From the NCBI GenBank assembly GCA_049322695.1, contig JBMORW010000031.1:14349-78348 (forward strand): DNA of 64,000 bases, given 5' to 3'. Source of the stretch: Bacillota bacterium. GTDB taxonomy: Bacteria > Bacillota > Clostridia > Lutisporales > Lutisporaceae. The position numbers and the translations under genes were made by a program. The notes under the pieces are model-generated. The model ran no database searches. It was not told the DNA's origin and was given only the letters and a program-made list of their open reading frames with translations. This document shows positions 29,817-40,851 of this stretch, one piece after another. Every line of letters starts with the position of its first letter. The first letter of the stretch is position 1.

Positions 29817-29828
29817 CCCTACACCTCT

Positions 29829-30413
29829 CTATCCTCTTTTGGCTAATATTGCATCGATTAAACCGTAATTCTTTGCCTCCTCCGCCGACATAAAGTAATC
29901 TCTTTCAACATCCTTCTCAATTTTTTCAAGTGGTTGACCTGTTTTTTCACTAAGAATTGTGTTGATGGTCCTCTTTGTCCTTAACAATCTTTCGGCATAG
30001 ATCATTACATCTGTTGTCTGTCCTTTAGCTCCTCCGAGAGGCTGATGAATCATTATCTCACTGTTTGGAAGCGCAAACCTTTTGCCTTTTGCTCCTGCAG
30101 TAAGCAAGAATGCTCCCATGCTGGCAGCCATACCTATACAAATAGTGGAAACATCAGGTTTTATAAACTGCATAGTATCATAAATAGCCATGCCTGCAGT
30201 TATTGAACCTCCGGGACTGTTGATATATAAGCTTATGTCTTTGTCAGGATCCTCGGCTTCCAGGAATAAGAGCTGAGCTACCACCAGGCTGGCAGTAACA
30301 TCATTTACTTCATCACTTAAAAAAATGATTCTATCCTTCAGAAGTCTTGAGTAAATATCATAGGAACGCTCACCTTTATTGGTTTGTTCTACAACTATAG
30401 GCACTAAACTCAT
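29829..30413 (-). CDS. clpP: ATP-dependent Clp protease proteolytic subunit
   Basis: 194 aa. The catalytic Ser context is [11 protein letters not shown] and the His context is [20 protein letters not shown]. Confidence 0.98.
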   Translation of the reverse strand: MSLVPIVVEQTNKGERSYDIYSRLLKDRIIFLSDEVNDVTASLVVAQLLFLEAEDPDKDISLYINSPGGSITAGMAIYDTMQFIKPDVSTICIGMAASMGAFLLTAGAKGKRFALPNSEIMIHQPLGGAKGQTTDVMIYAERLLRTKRTINTILSEKTGQPLEKIEKDVERDYFMSAEEAKNYGLIDAILAKRG

Positions 30414-30486
30414 ACTTATCCTCCTTAACCGTAATGTGTATTTTCTCTTCTGTATATCTGATCCTCACAAGTATAATAAATATATA

Positions 30487-31776
30487 CTATTTTGCTTCTA
30501 TACTGTTCTCAACAAGAAAGTCTATGGTCTTCTGTACTATAATACCCTCTTTTATATACTCTATGTCATCTTCTTTTAAAGCCTTTCTGAACTTATCGGC
30601 TTCCTGATTATACATTTTAGCTGTCTTTTCAATCTCTTCATTCAAATCCTCATCGCTTGACTGAATTGCTTCAACCTTAGCAATTTCTTCAAGTACAAGC
30701 TGAGTCTTTACTCTATTGTAAGCCATGGTTCTATAGGACTCCTTCAGCTCATCCATGCTCTTGTTCATGTATTTCATATATGCTTCCAGGTTCAAGCCCT
30801 GATGTCTTAGCTGATAATCAAAATCTCTAAGCATGCTGTTGATTTGATTATCTACCATTACATCCGGTATTTCTATGATTGAATTCTCGACTACTTTGTT
30901 TATTACCTCGTCCTCGTAATTCTGCTTTGCCAGTCTTGCTGCTTCATCTTCTCTCTTTTTTCTTATATCTGCCTTTAATTCATCCAGTGTGTCGAATTCA
31001 CTTACATCTTTGGCAAACTCATCATCCAGGTCAATCAGCTGTTTTTCTTTTATTTCCTTTACTGTGACCTTAAAAAGAGCGGGTTTTCCGGCAAGCTCAG
31101 TATTTCTGTACTGTTCAGGGAAGCTCACATTTACATCAACCTCAGCACCAATTTCCTTACCTATAAGCTGCTCCTCAAATCCTGGAATAAACTGTCCTGA
31201 CCCTATTTCCAGCTTGTAATTTTCGCCTGTTCCGCCTTCAAACTGGATATCATCTACAAAGCCTTTAAAATCTATAGTTGTTATATCGCCAAGCTTAACT
31301 GCTCTATCTGTCACTTCTACTATTCGGGCATTTTTTTCTCGCATCACTTCAAGCTCTTTGCTTATATCTTCATCAGTTACATTATACTCTTTTTTAGCTG
31401 CTTCTATTCCCTTATACTGACCAAGCTTCACTTCAGGCTTTACAGTAACTTCCGCCTTAAATACCATACCTTTTCCTGCTTCTATTTCAACTATGTCAAT
31501 GCTTGGTCTTTCAACCGGCTCCAGATTGTGCTCCTTTACTGCCTCTTCATATGCGTCCGGGCACACTTCATTGATTGCATCTTCATAGAACACTTCGACG
31601 CCATAGAATTTTTCTATTATTTTTCTAGGAGCCTTACCTTTTCTAAAGCCAGGTATATTGAATTTTTTTACATTCTTCATGTATGATTTCATCATACCTT
31701 GTTCCAATTTTTCTGCAGACACCGTAATTTCCAGTGTAGCTATATTGTTCTCCATTTTCTCAAGTCTTGAGTTCAT
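30487..31776 (-). CDS. tig: Trigger factor
   Basis: 429 aa. The ribosome-binding motif is GFRKGKAP and there is a central FKBP-type PPIase domain. AAGGAGGA RBS. Confidence 0.97.
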   Translation of the reverse strand: MNSRLEKMENNIATLEITVSAEKLEQGMMKSYMKNVKKFNIPGFRKGKAPRKIIEKFYGVEVFYEDAINEVCPDAYEEAVKEHNLEPVERPSIDIVEIEAGKGMVFKAEVTVKPEVKLGQYKGIEAAKKEYNVTDEDISKELEVMREKNARIVEVTDRAVKLGDITTIDFKGFVDDIQFEGGTGENYKLEIGSGQFIPGFEEQLIGKEIGAEVDVNVSFPEQYRNTELAGKPALFKVTVKEIKEKQLIDLDDEFAKDVSEFDTLDELKADIRKKREDEAARLAKQNYEDEVINKVVENSIIEIPDVMVDNQINSMLRDFDYQLRHQGLNLEAYMKYMNKSMDELKESYRTMAYNRVKTQLVLEEIAKVEAIQSSDEDLNEEIEKTAKMYNQEADKFRKALKEDDIEYIKEGIIVQKTIDFLVENSIEAK

Positions 31777-32154
31777 TTGTATCCTCCTTATTATATGTAT
31801 ATTGCTTAAATATAGTTAATTGCACTCAAATACAGCTAATAAAATAGCATTATGTGCACATATAACACAACTAAGTATTGCCAAAATGCAAATGTTTTTA
31901 ACACCGAAGTTGTTAAAAACATTAAACCCCATATGGTATATATTCAAATTAAATATTCTATTATTTATAACGAACGGCATTTACAAGCTATTTCAGTTCA
32001 TTATTACAACAGCTTGGAGATTCTTAGCTATATTAATCCCCTATATTATAACATATTTCTATGCATTATCAACAAGTTTTTACACTCAGCAGCTGTGTCT
32101 TACAGCAGGCAAAAAGAAATCCTGCAGCTTTTGCAGGATTTTTCATATTCATAT

Positions 32155-32658
32155 TCAGCTATTGCGGGTACTCTTTTTAAAATTGCTCACAAGCATAACA
32201 GCCCCTATTATGATAAGTATTGCGGGAGTTATTAGGTTGAGATATTCGAGATTAAAGCTTATCAGATTTCCTTCAACTGCCAGCACCATACCGCCAATAA
32301 GCATCAGGCTGAAGCCGGGAAACAATGGCCAGTATTTTTCACCCCAATTGCCGGAGTTATATCTTACTGTGTGTATCATAAAGACTGATAAGAAGGCTGC
32401 TCCAAGCATTATCAGGAAGTACAAGCCGCTAAAGTCAAGTATAAGTTCATCCATGGTTATAAACAATGCCAGGGCAGAAAGTATGCATCCCGGTATCAGC
32501 AGCCCCAAGCATCTTCCTTTTACAAAGTAACCTGCTATAAATCCTATGGCAAGCGCATAAAAGATTATGGAGCCGTCTATAAAGTTCATGCTTGCCAAGC
32601 CTATAATTATACCCAACGCTATTAAAGCTGCTCCAATAATAGTATTTTTGTTTTCCAT
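32155..32658 (-). CDS. Polytopic membrane protein co-transcribed with the two-component system
   Basis: About 5-6 predicted TM helices. The start is taken at ATG 32658 for its spacing to GAGAGG. Same strand as, and immediately downstream of, the response regulator. Confidence 0.65.
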   Translation of the reverse strand: MENKNTIIGAALIALGIIIGLASMNFIDGSIIFYALAIGFIAGYFVKGRCLGLLIPGCILSALALFITMDELILDFSGLYFLIMLGAAFLSVFMIHTVRYNSGNWGEKYWPLFPGFSLMLIGGMVLAVEGNLISFNLEYLNLITPAILIIIGAVMLVSNFKKSTRNS

Positions 32659-32794
32659 ATATAACATCCTCTCTTAGATTAATTATTTGTCTATGGTTTC
32701 ATTATATTTCATGAGAGGATATTCCACATGTCACCGAAGTAATGACTTGATATGACTTATGTCATAATACAAATGTCATGTTATAAATATTTGC

Positions 32795-33508
32795 TTATAT
32801 TAATTTATTTTCAATGGCAAAAAGAATGACCTTTGATCTCTCGCTTACTCCCAGCTTTTCATATATGCTGCTTATATAATTCTTTACAGTTCCTTCAGAT
32901 ATATACAATGTCTTTGATATCTCCTTATTACTTAAGCCTTTTGCCATTTGCCTCAGAATTTCTTTTTCCCTCTGTGTCAGCTCTTTAAGTCCTATACTGT
33001 CTATTTCATAGGAAGCTCCTATCGAAAACAGCTCATCTTCCACTGTTTTATTTTCCTTATCTCTACAGCTTCTTACATTATTATGCATGCTTTTTATATG
33101 TGAAATCACCTTGGCTGCTATTTCAGGCTGCATTATGGATTTGCCGCAGTTAATGTCTCTGATACAGCTTATGAGCTTCTCTGAAGGCAAATCCTTTAAA
33201 AGATATCCTTCAGCACCGTTTGCCAGGGCTTCAATTATGTACTCATCATCATCAAAGGTTGTCAAAACCAGTACTTTAATATCAGGGCACTGTTCTTTTA
33301 TTGCCTTTGTACAATCCACTCCATTCATTACAGGCATCCTGATATCCATAAGTACAACATCCGGTCTGGCAGATTTCAGTTCATTCAATGCTTCCTGTCC
33401 ATTTTCAGCCAGAGCAACAACGTCAATATCCTTCTCAATGTTCAGAATGGTTTTCAAGCCTTCTCTCATCAACTGCTGGTCATCAACAATCATTACCTTT
33501 ATACTCAT
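32795..33508 (-). CDS. NarL/LuxR-family response regulator
   Basis: The REC domain carries IVDDQQLMREG...DVVLMDIRMPVMNG. The C-terminal LuxR HTH is LTQREKEILRQMAKGLSNKEISKTLYISEGTVKNYISSIYEKLGV. The linker is unusually long. The start ATG (33508 or 33511) overlaps the kinase stop. Confidence 0.9.
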   Translation of the reverse strand: MSIKVMIVDDQQLMREGLKTILNIEKDIDVVALAENGQEALNELKSARPDVVLMDIRMPVMNGVDCTKAIKEQCPDIKVLVLTTFDDDEYIIEALANGAEGYLLKDLPSEKLISCIRDINCGKSIMQPEIAAKVISHIKSMHNNVRSCRDKENKTVEDELFSIGASYEIDSIGLKELTQREKEILRQMAKGLSNKEISKTLYISEGTVKNYISSIYEKLGVSERSKVILFAIENKLI

Positions 33509-34734
33509 CATAATACCTCCATAGGCTGTATTGGTTTAACCGGAATGCTTACTTCTGTAATAAAGCCTTTATTCTTCAGACTGCTAAAGCTTACTTTGCC
33601 GGATAATGCTTCTACTCTTTCTGTTATTCCTTGCAATCCATAGCCTTTCCTGATATATTGACATCCTGCTCCATTGTCAGTGATTTTGAGCTCTATGTTG
33701 CTGTTTTCCAGAGTAAGCATAAGTCTTATTATTGTAGAATGTCCGTGTCGAATTGAGTTTGTTATGCTTTCCTGTATTATTCTGTATAAAGATACATCCA
33801 CAGCTTTAAGATAATCTTCCAGAAGCTGACGGTTAGGGTTCTCAGCGGCATCAAGGCCTGGTTTGCCTATAAACTCAATTTTAATATCTGCACTTTTTTC
33901 AATCTCGCTTATCAGACTGTTCAATGCATCAAAAAACGAATTATTCTCCAAAGCAAGAGGCTTTAATGCTTTTACAGACCTTCTGACATCGTTTAGCCCG
34001 TTTCTGGTTTGCTCTTGCGCTTTAATTAGCTCCTTTTCAGCTTCTGCAATATCTATCGCAATCAATTTCCTGGCGGCCTCAATCTGCACTACAACAGTTG
34101 TCAATGTATGTGCCAGGGTATCATGTATTTCTCTTGCCATCCTTGTTCTTTCTTTCTCTATGATAAGCTGTTGAATCTTTGCTTCATTTTCCAGAAGCTT
34201 CTTATATGCCCCTTCAAGCTCGGTATTCATTCTGGCAAGCTTTCTTTTTTCTGTAAGCTGCAGAGTCACCATATAACTCATTACAAAGGTAAATCCCAGA
34301 GAAATGCCAATATTACCCAGAATTCTGACAAGTAAATATAGCGGATTCTCAAAATTTGTTTCAACTCCTTCAACAATGAAAGCAAACAGAAATATACTTG
34401 ATGCAGCAATCATTCCTAAATATGCACCGAAAGCTATAATAGCTTCAGAAAGACATACAAAGAAATACAGTACGCTTGTACCCGAATTATCAATTAAGGA
34501 TATAAATGCAATAATTATAAGCTCAATAACAATGCTTGCCTTTGTATAAACACTATATTCAGCCTTTGAATACAGATAGTTCCTTAGATATGAGTTTATG
34601 AAAAGAAAGGATACTGCAATAATGAGGAGGTTCATACCCTGCTTATTTACCGCTGTAGTAAGTATGAATACTGTTGTAAATATGTGTGTCAGCATTTTTA
34701 TAAGGGTAACCAGCCTGTATTCCTTGTCCATCAT
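33508..34734 (-). CDS. Sensor histidine kinase, HisKA_3 (LiaS/DesK-like) family
   Basis: Five or more N-terminal TM helices. The H-box is REIHDTLAHTLT. The HATPase_c region contains NSIRHG...DNGAG...GYGLQGITERV. Confidence 0.9.
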   Translation of the reverse strand: MMDKEYRLVTLIKMLTHIFTTVFILTTAVNKQGMNLLIIAVSFLFINSYLRNYLYSKAEYSVYTKASIVIELIIIAFISLIDNSGTSVLYFFVCLSEAIIAFGAYLGMIAASSIFLFAFIVEGVETNFENPLYLLVRILGNIGISLGFTFVMSYMVTLQLTEKRKLARMNTELEGAYKKLLENEAKIQQLIIEKERTRMAREIHDTLAHTLTTVVVQIEAARKLIAIDIAEAEKELIKAQEQTRNGLNDVRRSVKALKPLALENNSFFDALNSLISEIEKSADIKIEFIGKPGLDAAENPNRQLLEDYLKAVDVSLYRIIQESITNSIRHGHSTIIRLMLTLENSNIELKITDNGAGCQYIRKGYGLQGITERVEALSGKVSFSSLKNKGFITEVSIPVKPIQPMEVL

Positions 34735-34784
34735 CCCTAAACACCATCCTCTCAGTTATAAGCTTTTCTTACAATATATTTACA

Positions 34785-35723
34785 TTATACAACACATGCC
34801 TCATTAATTGAAAATATTAATCTGCATGTATTTATATATGCCTTTGCACCTATTGCAACAGATATATTAGGTGTACAGTGACCAATCATATAACCTTGTA
34901 TGACAGGCTTGCCGCAGCCTGCAAAGTAATCTTCAAAAACCTCCCTGAGCTCCAGACTCTTTGTTTTGTCTTCAGCTTCACAGCCGCTGAAGCTGCACAG
35001 TATAACTCCCTCTGCATCTCGCAGCTTCCCTGCAAGCTTAAGCTGAGCAAGCATTCTGTCTACCCTGTAAGGCTCTTCCCCTACATCCTCCAAAAAAAGC
35101 AGCTTGCCCCTGGCATCTATTTCAAATGGAGTTCCCAGTGTAGAACATATCAACGAAAGATTGCCGCCTGTGAGTCTTCCGGATGCGCTGCCTTCACTCA
35201 GTATACTTAAACAATGACCATACGGATTCAATATATCAATGCTGCTTGCTCCATATTCCAGCAAGGCTTTAAAGTACATCAGGCTATAATCATCCTTTCC
35301 TTCAAACATTTCAGATGCTGCCATTGGACCATGAAAGGTTAGCAGTCCTGTTTTTTTATGAACTGACAGAAGCAAAGCTGTTATATCGCTGTATCCTATA
35401 AGTATCTTCGGATTTTTTTCTATACACTCATAATCCACTTGTTCTAAAATTCTTGGTGTTCCATACCCTCCTCTGATGCAAACAACCGCACTTATGTTTT
35501 TATTCTCAAACATAGAGTTTATATCCTCAGCCCTGTCACAATCCGCACCTGCAAGATAACCTCTTTTATTGTAAAGAAACTCTCCGGCCTTTATTTTATA
35601 TCCTCTTTTTTCAAGATTGCATATTATTCTGTCTATCCTTTCTGGCTCCATGAAACCCGCCGGAGCTACCAGCCCTACTGTGCTCCCGGCTGCCAGCCTT
35701 TGAGGTTTTATTATCTGCTTCAT
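34785..35723 (-). CDS. ldcA: LD-carboxypeptidase (peptidase S66)
   Basis: 312 aa. The N-terminus is GSTVGLVAPAGF, and the nucleophile context is GYSDITALL. AAGGAGAA RBS. Confidence 0.85.
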   Translation of the reverse strand: MKQIIKPQRLAAGSTVGLVAPAGFMEPERIDRIICNLEKRGYKIKAGEFLYNKRGYLAGADCDRAEDINSMFENKNISAVVCIRGGYGTPRILEQVDYECIEKNPKILIGYSDITALLLSVHKKTGLLTFHGPMAASEMFEGKDDYSLMYFKALLEYGASSIDILNPYGHCLSILSEGSASGRLTGGNLSLICSTLGTPFEIDARGKLLFLEDVGEEPYRVDRMLAQLKLAGKLRDAEGVILCSFSGCEAEDKTKSLELREVFEDYFAGCGKPVIQGYMIGHCTPNISVAIGAKAYINTCRLIFSINEACVV

Positions 35724-35806
35724 ATTGTTCTCCTTAACATATTATTTGATATATTAACCATTATGAATATACAATAATATATATGAAGCATATTCAGCGG
35801 CTTAAC

Positions 35807-35842
35807 ACAAAAACTGCTGCAGCCAGATAATCAGCAGCAGCT
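35807..35842 (-). terminator. Terminator after the methyltransferase gene
   Basis: CTGCTGC (35814-35820) pairs with GCAGCAG (35834-35840), with a T5 run on the minus strand. Confidence 0.6.
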
Positions 35843-35857
35843 AAGTTTAGTACTTGT

Positions 35858-36883
35858 TTATCTTTTTTTCATATACATAGTTACTTCATCCCTATTATGG
35901 AAAAGCTGTCTAATCCCCATAATATAAAAAGCTTCATCATATATTTTCTTGACATCCTTTATTATTCTTGTGACCTTGCTGCTCATAAGCTTGACGGTAA
36001 CTACCGCCAAACCTCCGCTTTTTAAGGTATCAGAACATTTAAGCACCATTTTAGCAGTATTAACTGCGTTCCAGCTGATATCGGATGTCAGAAGGTCAAA
36101 GCTGTCATTTGGCAGCTTCAGCTCGGCTGCATTGCCTTTAATAAATGTAAGCTGAGGATATTTAAAAAGTCTATCATCTAACTCTCCTGTATCAACTGCT
36201 GTTACCTCAATACCCTTTTCAAGCAAAACCGAAGTCCATCCGCCCGGAGAAGCACCCAGGTCCAATGCCCTTCTAATGCTGCTCATATCTATATTAAAAA
36301 CATATATAGCTTCCATAAGCTTGAATTTTGCACGAGAGATGTCCTCATCACTTTTCTTGTAATGAACCATTCCTCCGGACCAGCCTGATATATTCTTCTC
36401 AGCCTTGCTCATACCTATATAACATGCTTCGTCAGCAATAAAAATCGACATGATTTTGTCAGGCTCCTTAACAACTGGAATAACTCCGGTTTCTTTACTT
36501 ATGCAGCTGTCTACCATATTTCTTATTTCTGCTGTCTCCATAGATATTTTACTGTTAAGCATTCTGATTTGAACTGCAAGCTTATCCTCGGTATGAATAC
36601 TGCTTAGATATGGTTCAAGCATGGTTTTTGCATATTTTTCTTCCTTTAACAAGCTTACATCCATAGAATAATCAACTGTATTTATATGCCTTATAAAAAT
36701 CGGTTTATTATCAAGCAGTATATCATTGAAATCATGCTTATCCACGGATGGTCTTACTATCATTATTCCGTTTCCCGTGTTTTTTACTACTGCCAAGGTT
36801 TTATCATAGGCTCTCAATTCATCCAAAGCTTGGTTTATATAGTTTTGCGATGATGTTGCAACCAGTAAATTCACTTTTTCCAT
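35858..36883 (-). CDS. THUMP-like + FtsJ/RrmJ-type SAM-dependent RNA methyltransferase (RlmM-like)
   Basis: The SAM-binding motif is ALDLGASPGGWTSVLLEKGIEVTAVD. The start is taken at ATG 36883 (GAGGA 6 nt upstream). Confidence 0.8.
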   Translation of the reverse strand: MEKVNLLVATSSQNYINQALDELRAYDKTLAVVKNTGNGIMIVRPSVDKHDFNDILLDNKPIFIRHINTVDYSMDVSLLKEEKYAKTMLEPYLSSIHTEDKLAVQIRMLNSKISMETAEIRNMVDSCISKETGVIPVVKEPDKIMSIFIADEACYIGMSKAEKNISGWSGGMVHYKKSDEDISRAKFKLMEAIYVFNIDMSSIRRALDLGASPGGWTSVLLEKGIEVTAVDTGELDDRLFKYPQLTFIKGNAAELKLPNDSFDLLTSDISWNAVNTAKMVLKCSDTLKSGGLAVVTVKLMSSKVTRIIKDVKKIYDEAFYIMGIRQLFHNRDEVTMYMKKR

Positions 36884-36897
36884 ATGTATCCTCATTT

Positions 36898-37266
36898 CTA
36901 TTGAACTTCTCTTTCAAAGCTAATGAATCTGGTACCCTGATGCGTTAGTATTCCCGTGTCACCTTCAATATGCATGCCTGCAAATTGTGCGCTGACTGCA
37001 AACTCCATGCGTTCACCGTTTTCCAGCTCAAAGGTCATATAATAGCTTGTTCGTGCTGCCATGTTTCCATAACCGCCCCAGGTGTGAGTCCTGTTATTTA
37101 TTATTCGGGCAGGCTCGGACTTCTGGGGTGTATTATTGTTTCTGATATATTCGCTTATTCCTTTAACAAAAACAACAACAAATCCCATAATAACTATTGC
37201 AAAAATAATGAAAACTATAAATGGTAAGGAATTGAACATAAAATTATCCATAGGATTACTGAACAT
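36898..37266 (-). CDS. DUF2500 family membrane-anchored protein
   Basis: Start at ATG 37266 (GGAGG 5 nt upstream). One TM helix, then YYMTFELENGERMEFAVSAQFAGMHIEGDTGILTHQGTRFISF. Confidence 0.7.
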   Translation of the reverse strand: MFSNPMDNFMFNSLPFIVFIIFAIVIMGFVVVFVKGISEYIRNNNTPQKSEPARIINNRTHTWGGYGNMAARTSYYMTFELENGERMEFAVSAQFAGMHIEGDTGILTHQGTRFISFEREVQ

Positions 37267-37452
37267 ATATACCTCCAAGACAATAAAAAGTTAGTTTATA
37301 CATCTTTATTCATACATCCGTTGTTTATTTACAGTCGTCTGCTGCTTTTATAAAGCGTATATTATATTTATACCATAAAATAACAGCTTTTTTAACATTA
37401 TTGCCATACTGAAACAAAAATAATACCCCGATTTACGGGGTATCATTTCTTG

Positions 37453-38115
37453 CTATCTGGTCATGTTCAAGTTTCTTACCATATCATCAAGCTCTGTTGT
37501 GAATCCATCTGCAGGCCTGCCGTTTCTTATACCGTCACCTATTCTTCTGAGTCTGTCGATGAAGTTTGTATCATTGCTTACATACACTGTTTGGATATTT
37601 GGATTTACTGCTTTTATTCTTCTGGTTACTTCATCTCTTATTCTTGTGATATCTGCATTACGTACATTATCAGTTTCTATTCCGCAATATGCAGTATTTC
37701 CTGTAACTACTACGTTTGCATCATCTACTCCTCTTACAGCTTCACATGCTCTGGATAACCTTTCATTATTTGCCGTAAGCGGTGTACCCATTCTGTTGTC
37801 CAATCCTGTGTCCATACCTGTAAAACCTGTTCTGTTGTTGCCTATATTGTTGTTATACCCGGTGTTCATATCATATCCTGTTCTGCCGCCATAGTTATTA
37901 TTTGGTAAGGTAGGGAATCCGGCATTGTTTCCTGGGTTCATTCCGGTGTTGCGTCCATAACCCTGCTGCATTCCGGTATCGAATCCGTTATTATTATTTC
38001 TTGCTGTGTCATATCCAATATCATTGTTGTATGGCCTTCTTGCTGCACATCCTGATAGAACTACAGCAAATGTCAGTACAAGCACTAAAAAAATAACAGC
38101 TGTTCTATTTTTCAT
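37453..38115 (-). CDS. YhcN/YlaJ-family sporulation lipoprotein
   Basis: Lipobox VVLSGC. A low-complexity Asn/Gly/Thr-rich linker follows. The C-terminal domain is VRGVDDANVVVTGNTAYCGIE...IRDEVTRRIKAVNPNIQTVYVSNDTNFIDRL. GGAGG RBS. Confidence 0.85.
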   Translation of the reverse strand: MKNRTAVIFLVLVLTFAVVLSGCAARRPYNNDIGYDTARNNNNGFDTGMQQGYGRNTGMNPGNNAGFPTLPNNNYGGRTGYDMNTGYNNNIGNNRTGFTGMDTGLDNRMGTPLTANNERLSRACEAVRGVDDANVVVTGNTAYCGIETDNVRNADITRIRDEVTRRIKAVNPNIQTVYVSNDTNFIDRLRRIGDGIRNGRPADGFTTELDDMVRNLNMTR

Positions 38116-38300
38116 CTATAAACCTCCAACTTATGATAGTTTAAAATACAGCACACTTTCGCTGTACTTTCACAAATATTTTTTGCTTTTTTTGATAATA
38201 TATTAAAAAAGTATTTTGCTGAGTTGGAAATAGATGAAAGTAAAAGACACACAAAGCATCGAAGGCGCGCTTCATGTGTCACAATAATGAAAACTGTTAT

Positions 38301-39977
38301 TTATTTTTCAAAAAAACAACTTTTTCCAATAAATTCTCTGAGTATTGAATTAAAAGGTACATCATCTCCTTCAACGGGCAGGAAATAATTAAGGAACTTT
38401 ACCAGTCTTTTTGCTTCGATATATTCAGGAACTTCATTGCTTATTTTCAGAAGCTGCGGCAGTGCTATATTCTTCAGTATACAGAGTTCGTATACCAGTG
38501 ATGAATTAAACATAACGTCGGCTTCCTCCTGGAAAGGATATATGAATGTATCCTCACCTCTTCTTACAGAATCCCATCTCTTAATGGTAGACAATGCATC
38601 CTGGGATCTGAACTGGAAGTCTCTTACGATTCTTCGCAGCAGTCTCAAATCAGAGGTTGGTATTCTGTTATGATTATCAACGCTTAGATGAGTAAGCGCA
38701 CTAACATAGACCTTGAACTTACGCTCCTTTGGTATGTTTTTTGAAAGAGCTTCATTTAAACCATGTATCCCTTCTACTATGATAACCTGATCCTCATCTA
38801 TTTTTAGCTTTTTACCTCTCCACTCGCGCATTCCCGTATGAAAGTTGAAGGTAGGGATTTCTACCTCTTCTCCTTTTATCAATCTGCTCATTACATCATT
38901 GAATGTATTTATATCGATAGCTTCAATTGTTTCAAAATCATATTCCCCGCTCTCATCCTTGGGGGTGTCCTCCCTGTTCTTGAAATAATCATCCAGAGAA
39001 ATCGCTACAGGCCTTATGCCGTTTACTCTCAATTGTATAGATAGTCTTTGCGCAAAAGTAGTTTTACCTGAAGAGGATGGGCCTGCTATCAGCACAAGCT
39101 TCTTTTTGTCCTTAGATTGAGTAATCATATCCGCTATTTGAGCTATTTTTTTCTCATGAAGTGCTTCTGCTATATGAATCAGTTCGTTTATTCTTCCTTC
39201 ACTGATTGCATCATTGAGATTGCTGACATCATTCAGCTCCATTATCTTTCCCCAATGCTCAAACTCTCTGAAGATGTTGAAAAGCTTTCTCTGTTCAACA
39301 AACTCCGGAAGCACTGTTGGATTTCTTTTCTCAGGGAATCTTAAAATCAAGCCGGGAGAATAGTGTTTCAGCTCAAATAGCTTAAGATAGCCTGTAGAGG
39401 GCACCATATATCCATAAAAATAATCATAATATCCATAGCAGCTGTATACATTCATATAGCTTTTTTGCCTGTATTTTAGAAGTCTGATTTTATCATCCTG
39501 TCCTGTCTTTTCAAATAATGCAGCAGCCTCACTGTTATCCAATCTGTTTTTTTCAAAGGGAATATCCATTTCCACAAGTTCTTTCATTTTATCTTCTATT
39601 TTTTTAACATCCTCTTCAGTTAATGGAATTTCCTTATATCCGTTTTTATGTACTTCACAGTAAAAGCCTTTACTCAATGAGTGCTCGACAGTTACTCTGC
39701 AGCCGTTAAAAACCTCCTTGGCAGCTATAATAAAAAGAAAAGCCAGGCTTCTTGAATAAAACCTATTGCCGTATGATGTTGTTCTATCAATAAAAACAAC
39801 ATTACAGTCTGAGTTTATTTCTTTCCAGAGCTCCTTCAGTTCATTATTCACAATTGCTCCCAAAATATCTGTTTTGTAAAGATGTTGAAACTTTTTAGAA
39901 ATATCAATTAATTTTGTTCCCTTAGGATATTCATTTACACTATTGTCTTGAAACGTAATTTTAATCATTTCGGACAT
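38301..39977 (-). CDS. Uridine-kinase/PRK-family nucleoside kinase with an N-terminal TGS-like extension
   Basis: 558 aa. The P-loop is IAGPSSSGKTTFAQRL. The N-terminal segment KITFQDNSVNEYPKGTKLIDIS resembles a TGS domain. AAGGAGGA RBS. Confidence 0.8.
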   Translation of the reverse strand: MSEMIKITFQDNSVNEYPKGTKLIDISKKFQHLYKTDILGAIVNNELKELWKEINSDCNVVFIDRTTSYGNRFYSRSLAFLFIIAAKEVFNGCRVTVEHSLSKGFYCEVHKNGYKEIPLTEEDVKKIEDKMKELVEMDIPFEKNRLDNSEAAALFEKTGQDDKIRLLKYRQKSYMNVYSCYGYYDYFYGYMVPSTGYLKLFELKHYSPGLILRFPEKRNPTVLPEFVEQRKLFNIFREFEHWGKIMELNDVSNLNDAISEGRINELIHIAEALHEKKIAQIADMITQSKDKKKLVLIAGPSSSGKTTFAQRLSIQLRVNGIRPVAISLDDYFKNREDTPKDESGEYDFETIEAIDINTFNDVMSRLIKGEEVEIPTFNFHTGMREWRGKKLKIDEDQVIIVEGIHGLNEALSKNIPKERKFKVYVSALTHLSVDNHNRIPTSDLRLLRRIVRDFQFRSQDALSTIKRWDSVRRGEDTFIYPFQEEADVMFNSSLVYELCILKNIALPQLLKISNEVPEYIEAKRLVKFLNYFLPVEGDDVPFNSILREFIGKSCFFEK

Positions 39978-40293
39978 ATAAAATCCTCCTTACGGTATTA
40001 GAATCTCTGGTTAATAGAACTACTGCCTAAAAATGCCTTTACTCTATTTTATTCAATGCATTAACCATATTATTTGCTTTCATTCAAATTAACTATGATA
40101 TTTTTAAATAGCATTTTTACACAATAACAGTTCAATCATCTTACCTATATTATTTCGCTTTACTATAAAGTTCGCCGAATTTGACAGAAATCCTTCTGAT
40201 GAAGAACACAAAAGCTTTCGCTGATTACATGTAACAGAACAAGTCATAAATGCATATAGTGGTAATGGATATTATTTTGAAAGGGGAATATGC

Positions 40294-40725
40294 ATGTTCT
40301 GTTATTCAGTTGCATTCAACATAAACTGTGTTTTACGTGAGTTGATTATGTGGACTGAAATCTCATACGAACATCCGATTTTTATAAAAAACGTTGCCGA
40401 GCTGAGTGGTAAAAAGCTTTCAAAGGAGCTGCAGGCAAAGCTGAATGCTGTTCATGAAAGCTTCAGAAAGCTTATTAGTGATGTAAGGCTATATGATCCT
40501 AAGGTACTGCCTTCCGGACTATTTGATCATGAATATACTAAAAATCAACTGGAGGAGCTTACAAGACGTTTTCTTCTTGCTGACAGAGAGTTCATACAGC
40601 TTATTAACGGTGAACTTATAAGCCACAGTAAAAAGGACAAGGTTTTACTGGCACTGTTGACACATATACTTCAAGAGCAAAAATACATGTATAGATTATT
40701 TTCAAGCCTCTTAAGGCAGATATAG
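40294..40725 (+). CDS. DUF2935 family protein
   Basis: 143 aa. The pattern ELIMWTEISYEHPIFIKNV is typical of DUF2935. AAAGGGGA RBS. Confidence 0.65.
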   Translation: MFCYSVAFNINCVLRELIMWTEISYEHPIFIKNVAELSGKKLSKELQAKLNAVHESFRKLISDVRLYDPKVLPSGLFDHEYTKNQLEELTRRFLLADREFIQLINGELISHSKKDKVLLALLTHILQEQKYMYRLFSSLLRQI

Positions 40726-40851
40726 GCAGCTAATGGCTGTCTATATTTTGTTTCTGCAGTTTATTACATTTTTTGTATATTATTGGTATAATATTTACTG
40801 TAAACATGTTCCATATATTGGTCATGAATAAAAGCAAAAGGTGGGAAAGGT

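Noticed and set aside
31820-32530. 236-aa plus-strand ORF spanning the tig upstream region and running antisense to the membrane-protein gene
   Set aside because: It has no RBS, a low-complexity Ile/Leu/Ser/Lys-rich translation typical of AT-rich antisense frames, and it overlaps a well-supported minus-strand gene in a two-component operon.
37800-38010. Low-complexity Asn/Gly/Thr-rich repeat region inside the YlaJ-like lipoprotein gene
   Set aside because: It is an in-frame disordered linker between the lipobox and the conserved YhcN/YlaJ domain, not an independent repeat element.
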